A program made the position numbers and the translations under genes. From Gammaproteobacteria bacterium (GTDB lineage: Bacteria > Pseudomonadota > Gammaproteobacteria > Steroidobacterales > PWYM01): a stretch of DNA of 63,343 nt. A model generated the notes under the pieces. The model was not told where the DNA came from. It worked only from the letters and a program-made list of their open reading frames with translations, and made no database searches. Shown piece after piece: positions 58,091-63,343 of this stretch. The stretch covers positions 1 to 63,343 of the forward strand of contig PWYM01000058.1 of the NCBI GenBank assembly GCA_003567855.1. The letters run 5' to 3'. The first letter of the stretch is position 1, and each line of letters opens with the position of its first letter.

Positions 58091-58680
58091 GCACCGTACG
58101 ACGCATCCTGCTGCTGCAGGGCCATCCCGACCCCGAGCGCACACACCTGGGGCACGCGCTTGGCGACGCCTACCTCGAGGGCGCGCGCGCGGCCGGACAC
58201 GAGGTCGAGGTCGTGCACCTGTCGGAACTGGATTTCCCGCTGTTGCGCTCGGCCGCCGAATTCGAACGGGGCGAACCGCCACCGGTGATCGCCGATGTGC
58301 AGCAGGCGCTGCTCGCCGCAGACCACGTGGTCCTGGTGATGCCGCTGTGGCTCGGCGACATGCCGGCGCTCGTCAAGGCCTTCCTGGAACAGCTGCTGCG
58401 CCCGGCCTTCGTGCGCGGTACCGAGAGCTTCGGCAACCGTCCGGGCGGTTCGAGGCTGCGCGGTCGCAGCGTACGGCTGATCATCACGATGGGGATGCCG
58501 GTGCCGATCTACCGGCTGTGGTTCGGCGCCGCCGCGGTGCGCAACCTGCGCCGCGGCGTATTCGGCTTCGTCGGCCTGCGCCCGGTGCGCAGCACGCTGA
58601 TCGGGCTTGCCGGTGGCAGCGACGCACGCCGCGCCGGCTGGCTTAAACGGGTCGCGGCGCTGGGCCGGCGGGGCGTGTGA
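58087..58680 (+). CDS. flavodoxin-like-fold NAD(P)H-dependent oxidoreductase (Flavodoxin_2 / KefF-MdaB-like)
   Basis: ILLLQGHPDPERTHLGHAL... and VVLVMPLWLGDMPALVKAFLEQ. 4-nt overlap with the MFS gene. Confidence 0.65.
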   Translation: MSTVRRILLLQGHPDPERTHLGHALGDAYLEGARAAGHEVEVVHLSELDFPLLRSAAEFERGEPPPVIADVQQALLAADHVVLVMPLWLGDMPALVKAFLEQLLRPAFVRGTESFGNRPGGSRLRGRSVRLIITMGMPVPIYRLWFGAAAVRNLRRGVFGFVGLRPVRSTLIGLAGGSDARRAGWLKRVAALGRRGV

Positions 58681-58686
58681 AACGCG

Positions 58687-60312
58687 TCAGGCCGCGACCA
58701 GGGATTTCTCGCGGGTCGCGCGGAACTCGATGTCGGGCCACCGTTCCTGGGTCAGCGTGAGGTTCACGCGCGTCGGCGCAACGTAGACCAGCGCCCCGCT
58801 GTGGTCGAGTGCGAGATGCTCGGCGGCGCGGCGCCGGAACTCCTCGAGCTTCGCCGGGTTCGCACTGTAGACCCAGCGGGCGGTCGACACCTGCACCCCC
58901 TCGAACTGGCACTCCACGCCGTACTCGCTCTTCAGCCGATGCGCGACCACGTCGAACTGCAGTGCGCCCACCGCACCGAGGATGGTCGCGTTGCCCTGCA
59001 GCGGGCGGAACACCTGCGTAGCACCCTCCTCGCACAGCTGGTCGAGTCCCTTGTTCAGCGCCTTGGCGCGCAGCGGGTCACGCAGCACCACCCGGCGAAA
59101 CAGTTCCGGCGCGAAGCTCGGGATGCCGGTGAAGTTGAGCGTCTCGCCCTCGGTGAACGTGTCGCCGATATTGATCGTGCCGTGGTTGTGCAGCCCGATG
59201 ATGTCGCCGGCGCGGGCCTCGTCGGCGTGCTGGCGGTCGGCGGCCATGAACGTCAGCGCGTCGGCGATGCGCACGTCGCGCCCGAGGCGCACGTGGCGCA
59301 GCTTCATGCCCGAGCTGAAACGCCCAGAGCAGATCCGCATGAACGCGATGCGGTCGCGGTGCGCCGGGTCCATGTTGGCCTGGATCTTGAACACGAAGCC
59401 CGTCAGCGCCGGCTCCTCCGGTCGGACCTCGCGCTCGGCGGTTGCGCGCGGCAGCGGTGCCGGCGCCCACGCGACGAACGACGACAGCAGCTCGCGCACG
59501 CCGAAGTTGTTGATCGCCGAGCCGAAGAACACCGGCGTGAGCTCACCGCGCAGGTACGCGGCATGGTCCCACGCGTGGCTTGCGCCGCGCACGAGTTCGA
59601 TCTCGTCACGAAAGTCGGCGGCGTCGGCGCCGAGCAGCTCGTCCGCCTCGTCCGAGGAGAGGCCCTCGATGACCCGGACCTCGCCGGCGCGTCCGCGGTT
59701 GCCGTGGCTGTAGACGTAGATGCGATCCTCGAGCATATGATAGATGCCCCGCAGCGCGCGCCCCATGCCGATCGGCCAGGTCACTGGAGAACACGCAACC
59801 TTGAGTACCGACTCGACCTCGTCCAACAGCTCCATCGGCTCGCGGCCGTCGCGATCGAGCTTGTTGATGAAGGTCACGATGGGCGTGTCGCGCAGCCGGC
59901 AGACCTCCATCAGCTTGATCGTGCGCTCCTCGACGCCCTTCGCACAGTCGATGACCATCAGTGCCGAATCGACCGCGGTCAGCGTCCGGTAGGTGTCCTC
60001 GGAGAAGTCCTGGTGACCGGGAGTGTCGAGCAGGTTCACCGTGCGTCCACCGTACGGGAACTGCATCACCGAAGAGGTCACGGAGATGCCGCGCTCCTGC
60101 TCGAGCTTCATCCAGTCGGAGGTCGCGTGTCGGTCGGCCTTGCGGCCCTTTACACTGCCGGCCAGCTGTATCGCGCCACCGAAAAGCAGCAGCTTCTCCG
60201 TCAGCGTGGTCTTGCCGGCATCGGGGTGGGAGATGATCGCGAACGTGCGGCGCCCGCGCCAGTCGGTCGTGTCGAACGCGTCGCGCTCTGCATTTGAGGT
60301 GTCACGGTCCAT
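58687..60312 (-). CDS. prfC: peptide chain release factor 3
   Basis: [37 protein letters not shown] and NKLDR. 541 aa. Confidence 0.95.
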   Translation of the reverse strand: MDRDTSNAERDAFDTTDWRGRRTFAIISHPDAGKTTLTEKLLLFGGAIQLAGSVKGRKADRHATSDWMKLEQERGISVTSSVMQFPYGGRTVNLLDTPGHQDFSEDTYRTLTAVDSALMVIDCAKGVEERTIKLMEVCRLRDTPIVTFINKLDRDGREPMELLDEVESVLKVACSPVTWPIGMGRALRGIYHMLEDRIYVYSHGNRGRAGEVRVIEGLSSDEADELLGADAADFRDEIELVRGASHAWDHAAYLRGELTPVFFGSAINNFGVRELLSSFVAWAPAPLPRATAEREVRPEEPALTGFVFKIQANMDPAHRDRIAFMRICSGRFSSGMKLRHVRLGRDVRIADALTFMAADRQHADEARAGDIIGLHNHGTINIGDTFTEGETLNFTGIPSFAPELFRRVVLRDPLRAKALNKGLDQLCEEGATQVFRPLQGNATILGAVGALQFDVVAHRLKSEYGVECQFEGVQVSTARWVYSANPAKLEEFRRRAAEHLALDHSGALVYVAPTRVNLTLTQERWPDIEFRATREKSLVAA

Positions 60313-60355
60313 GGGCGCTGCATTCTACAGCGCGGCAGGGATCGCGGCTAAGGGT

Positions 60356-60817
60356 TCAGGCGAGGTCGAGTTCCGTCGCCAGCACCACCGCGTCCTCGCG
60401 CCCGCCGCGCGCCTGGTAGTAACGCGGCCGCAGGCCGATTTCCCTGAAACCGAGGCTCCGGTAGAGGTGGCGGGCGACCCGGTTCGACGGGCGCACCTCG
60501 AGAAACACGCGGTCGGCGCCACGCTCGCGGGCCCGGGACAGCAGTTCGAGCATCAGCTGGCGGCCCAGCCCCCGGAGCTGGCAGTCGGGATGGACGCATA
60601 CGTTGAGCACGTGCGCCTCGCCCGCGGCCACCGACATGATGCCGTAGCCGATAAGGCTGTCGTCGCCTTCCAGCACGAGGCACGTGTACCCGGCGAGCAT
60701 GCAGTCCCGGAAGATGCCGGGAGACCACGGGTAGTCATAGGCGGCCCGTTCCACGCGCCCGATCGCCGGGACGTCGCGCGGCAACATCGGCCGCAGCCGG
60801 ACCCCGAAGGCGTCCAT
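60356..60817 (-). CDS. rimI: ribosomal-protein-alanine N-acetyltransferase
   Basis: GNAT fold with RimI-type YPWS...F and acetyl-CoA motif QLRGLGRQL. ATG at 60817 avoids the 31-nt overlap implied by the track start at 60856. Confidence 0.8.
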   Translation of the reverse strand: MDAFGVRLRPMLPRDVPAIGRVERAAYDYPWSPGIFRDCMLAGYTCLVLEGDDSLIGYGIMSVAAGEAHVLNVCVHPDCQLRGLGRQLMLELLSRARERGADRVFLEVRPSNRVARHLYRSLGFREIGLRPRYYQARGGREDAVVLATELDLA

Positions 60818-60825
60818 CGCCGCGC

Positions 60826-61563
60826 TCACGCCCTGGCCTCCTCGGCCACGCGACACGCGAGCAGCAGGTCGTCCCAGGCCTTGCGCTTCTGTGCGGGACT
60901 GCGCAGCAGGTACGCCGGGTGGTAGGTGACGACCAGCGGCAGGCCGCTCGGCTCATGCCGGTGGACGGTGCCGCGCAGCCGGCCGACCTTCTCGTCGGTA
61001 TCGAGAAGGTGATGCGCCGCGACGCGCCCCACCGCGAGGATCAGCCTCGGCCGCAGCAGCGCGATCTGGCGGTGCAGGTAGCCGGCGCAGGCTGCGGCTT
61101 CCTCGGGTCGCGGATCGCGGTTATCCGGCGGACGGCACTTCAGCACGTTGGCGATGAACACTCGGCCGCGATCCAGGCCGATCGCGGCGAGCATCGCATC
61201 GAGCAGCTTGCCGGCCCGTCCGACGAACGGCTCGCCGCGGCGATCTTCCTCCGCACCCGGCGCCTCGCCGACGATCAGCCAGTCAGCCGCGCGGTCGCCG
61301 ACGCCGAACACCGTCTGCGTGCGCCCGCGGTGCAGTGCGCACGCCGTGCAGGCGGCGACCGCGGCCTCGAGTTCCGGCCAGTCCAGCGACGCGGGATCGG
61401 CGTCGGTCGTCCGCGACGCGGTGGGCTGCATGTCGTCGACCGGATGCGCATCGACCGGTGCCGGGTCCGCGACCGCCGCGTCACGGCCCGTGGCGTCCCG
61501 GCGCACCCACGGGGTGATGCCGAGCGCACCGAGCGCCGCTGCGCGACGGTCCGCGGTACTCAC
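60826..61563 (-). CDS. family 4 uracil-DNA glycosylase
   Basis: [45 protein letters not shown] and [14 protein letters not shown] start overlaps the pssA stop (GTGA). The track ORF is over-extended into pssA. Confidence 0.8.
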   Translation of the reverse strand: MSTADRRAAALGALGITPWVRRDATGRDAAVADPAPVDAHPVDDMQPTASRTTDADPASLDWPELEAAVAACTACALHRGRTQTVFGVGDRAADWLIVGEAPGAEEDRRGEPFVGRAGKLLDAMLAAIGLDRGRVFIANVLKCRPPDNRDPRPEEAAACAGYLHRQIALLRPRLILAVGRVAAHHLLDTDEKVGRLRGTVHRHEPSGLPLVVTYHPAYLLRSPAQKRKAWDDLLLACRVAEEARA

Positions 61564-62468
61564 CGCGCGCTCCCGTCCTCGCCGCGCGCGCGTGCCGAGT
61601 CGGCTTCCGCGCCGGCGTCGCCCGTCCCGGCGTCCGTTTCGGTGCCGTACGTATCCGTATCCGCGTCGGCGCCACCGTCGACATCGACATCCGGCTGACG
61701 CGCCTCGTCGTGCAGACGCTGGCGACGCCGGCGGCGTACGACCCACAGCGCGGGACCCGACAGCGAGTACAGGAAGAACCCGAGGAACAGCACCAGTGGC
61801 GGGTTCAGCGAGATCAGCATGAAGACGGCGGGGATGATCAGCAGGTGCGTAAAGCGCACGCGCCCGCCGAGATTGAGATCCTTGAACCCGTAGTAATGCA
61901 GCAGGCTCACCATGCACAGCCCGGCGAACGCGGTGATCGAAAGCCCGGCCAGCAGCGCCGGCAGCCCGTCGATCTCGTTCACGGTCCCCACCCATACGAG
62001 GCCGGCAACCAGTGCGGCCGCCGACGGACTCGGCAGCCCCTCGAAAAAGCGCCGATCGGTGCTCGGCGGTCGCGAGTTGAAGCGTGCGAGTCGCATCGCC
62101 GCCGCCGCCGTGAACAGGAACGCCACCAGCCAGCCGATGCGACCCCATGCGTCGTCGTACTCGGCGAGCGGTACGACGCTCCACTGGTAGACAACCACCG
62201 CCGGCGCCAGGCCGAACGCGACCATGTCCGAGAGGCTGTCGTATTCCTTGCCGAAATCGCTCTCGGTACTCGTCATCCGGGCGACGCGGCCGTCCAGCCC
62301 GTCGAGCACAATCGCGACGTAGATGGCGATCGCCGCGGGCACGAACTGGCCGTCGATCGCCGCGATGATCGCGTAGAACCCCGAGAACAGTGCCGCCGTC
62401 GTCAGCAGGTTCGGCAGCAGGTAGAAGCCCTTGCGGCGTGGTCGCGGTTGGGCGTTGGGCTGGCTCAT
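61560..62468 (-). CDS. pssA: CDP-diacylglycerol--serine O-phosphatidyltransferase (type II, CDP-alcohol phosphatidyltransferase family) with acidic C-terminal tail
   Basis: [28 protein letters not shown] matches D-G-x2-A-R-x8-G-x3-D-x3-D. Multi-TM. Confidence 0.85.
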   Translation of the reverse strand: MSQPNAQPRPRRKGFYLLPNLLTTAALFSGFYAIIAAIDGQFVPAAIAIYVAIVLDGLDGRVARMTSTESDFGKEYDSLSDMVAFGLAPAVVVYQWSVVPLAEYDDAWGRIGWLVAFLFTAAAAMRLARFNSRPPSTDRRFFEGLPSPSAAALVAGLVWVGTVNEIDGLPALLAGLSITAFAGLCMVSLLHYYGFKDLNLGGRVRFTHLLIIPAVFMLISLNPPLVLFLGFFLYSLSGPALWVVRRRRRQRLHDEARQPDVDVDGGADADTDTYGTETDAGTGDAGAEADSARARGEDGSAR

Positions 62469-62528
62469 CGGTACACGGCAGCGAAGTGGAAGATCATCTT
62501 CAGTGAATCCCCGGTTGAACGCAAACCT

Positions 62529-63161
62529 TCAGTTGCGCGCGGGGAGTTCGGCAATAATGGACAGGCCGGCTCGGACGCGTTCCCCCGGGCTGACGGTGAC
62601 GCGTGCCTCGAGCGGCAGGTACACGTCGGTCTCGCGCGACAGGCGCAACCATGCGAAGCGCTGCCCCTGGCCGACGCGTTCTCCGTAGCCGAGCAGCGCA
62701 CGCGGCTTCCCGAGCAGCCACAGCGCATGGATGACCACCACCACGTCGGCCCCGGATTCGCCACGCACCCACAGCCCGCTGACGCCGAGCAGCCGGGCCG
62801 ACGGCGACAACGCGTCGCGCGACAGTTCCATCACCCGTCCGGCGACCGGGCTGCGCGCCGCGTAGGCCCCGAGGTTGTCGACGCGGATCCGGACCCGGTG
62901 CGCGGGCCGATCGAGGACGCCGCTGTCGAGCCGGTCGCACGCGACGATCTTGCCGTCGACCGGGCTCACCATCGCCAGCGGTCGCGTCGGCGAATTACGC
63001 GCCGGATCCCGGAACAGCATCACCATCGGCACCAACAGCACCACGAGCCCGGTGACCAGCCACCACGCTTCGAAGCGCATCGCGAGCACCAGGCCGGCGG
63101 CGACCGGCAGCAGGTACCACCAGCCGTCCGGCGCGATGTAGGAACGGTTCCTGTCCGGCAT
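62529..63161 (-). CDS. short phosphatidylserine decarboxylase-related protein (motifs appear degenerate)
   Basis: Two N-terminal TM helices, VSPVDGKIV (Psd SP-x-DG motif) and C-terminal ...TDVYLP. Immediately upstream of pssA. ATG at 63161. Confidence 0.55.
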   Translation of the reverse strand: MPDRNRSYIAPDGWWYLLPVAAGLVLAMRFEAWWLVTGLVVLLVPMVMLFRDPARNSPTRPLAMVSPVDGKIVACDRLDSGVLDRPAHRVRIRVDNLGAYAARSPVAGRVMELSRDALSPSARLLGVSGLWVRGESGADVVVVIHALWLLGKPRALLGYGERVGQGQRFAWLRLSRETDVYLPLEARVTVSPGERVRAGLSIIAELPARN

Positions 63162-63265
63162 GTGCGTCCTCGCCGCCGCCCGCGCGGCATCGGCCGGCAC
63201 GCTACGCCGCACCCGCCCCCCGCGCAACCGCCGCCGGCCACAACACGGGTCGGACCCACGCAACC

Positions 63266-63274
63266 TGTTAGAAT
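63266..63274 (+). promoter_or_regulatory. extended -10 promoter element (TGtTAGAAT)
   Basis: TGTTAGAAT lies ~29 nt upstream of the ATG at 63303, with a GGAAGAGAG Shine-Dalgarno in between. Confidence 0.3.
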
Positions 63275-63302
63275 CTGCGCGGTTTTATCGCCGGAAGAGA
63301 GC

Positions 63303-63343
63303 CATGCGCGTCTCCAACCACCCGCTGTTCACCGTCAGGGAAG
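63303..63343 (+). CDS. 5' end of an unidentified gene (13 codons, runs off the window)
   Basis: ATG with a good Shine-Dalgarno and promoter-like element. MRVSNHPLFTVRE is too short to identify. Confidence 0.3.

Overview
High-GC (roughly two-thirds G+C) gammaproteobacterial chromosome segment, almost entirely housekeeping. About 60 protein genes and 2 tRNA genes are tightly packed, with many 1-4 nt stop/start overlaps. I saw no rRNA, CRISPR array, transposase, integrase or phage gene. The left 25 kb keeps the gene order I recall from E. coli and Pseudomonas: alr-dnaB-rplI-rpsR-rpsF, rlmB-rnr, purA-hflCKX-hfq-miaA-mutL-amiB-tsaE-nnr, with queG divergent. It is followed by ppk2; panDCB-dNK-folK-pcnB; tRNA-Glu; nhaP2; an S9 peptidase; two tandem UspE paralogues; a SPOR lipoprotein; an RND efflux pair; an SSS symporter; lptGF/pepA-holC-valS; MoxR-DUF58-TgpA; an MFS/flavodoxin-like pair; prfC; and rimI-udg-pssA-psd-like. 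I found no convincing novel multi-gene system such as a defence island. The best candidates for under-described biology are: (1) an orphan Ser/Thr kinase / PP2C / dual-FHA operon between radA and alr-dnaB with no visible client system; (2) a PssA-linked Psd-like gene that by eye lacks the canonical His and Gly-Ser self-cleavage residues; (3) a MoxR-DUF58-transglutaminase operon without vWA partners; (4) an RND adaptor gene broken by one in-frame TAG, inside a visibly lower-GC block. The very long antisense ORFs in the track (up to 1000 aa opposite valS) are codon-aligned shadow ORFs and I rejected them. All family calls come from motifs read by eye and from remembered synteny. No searches were run.
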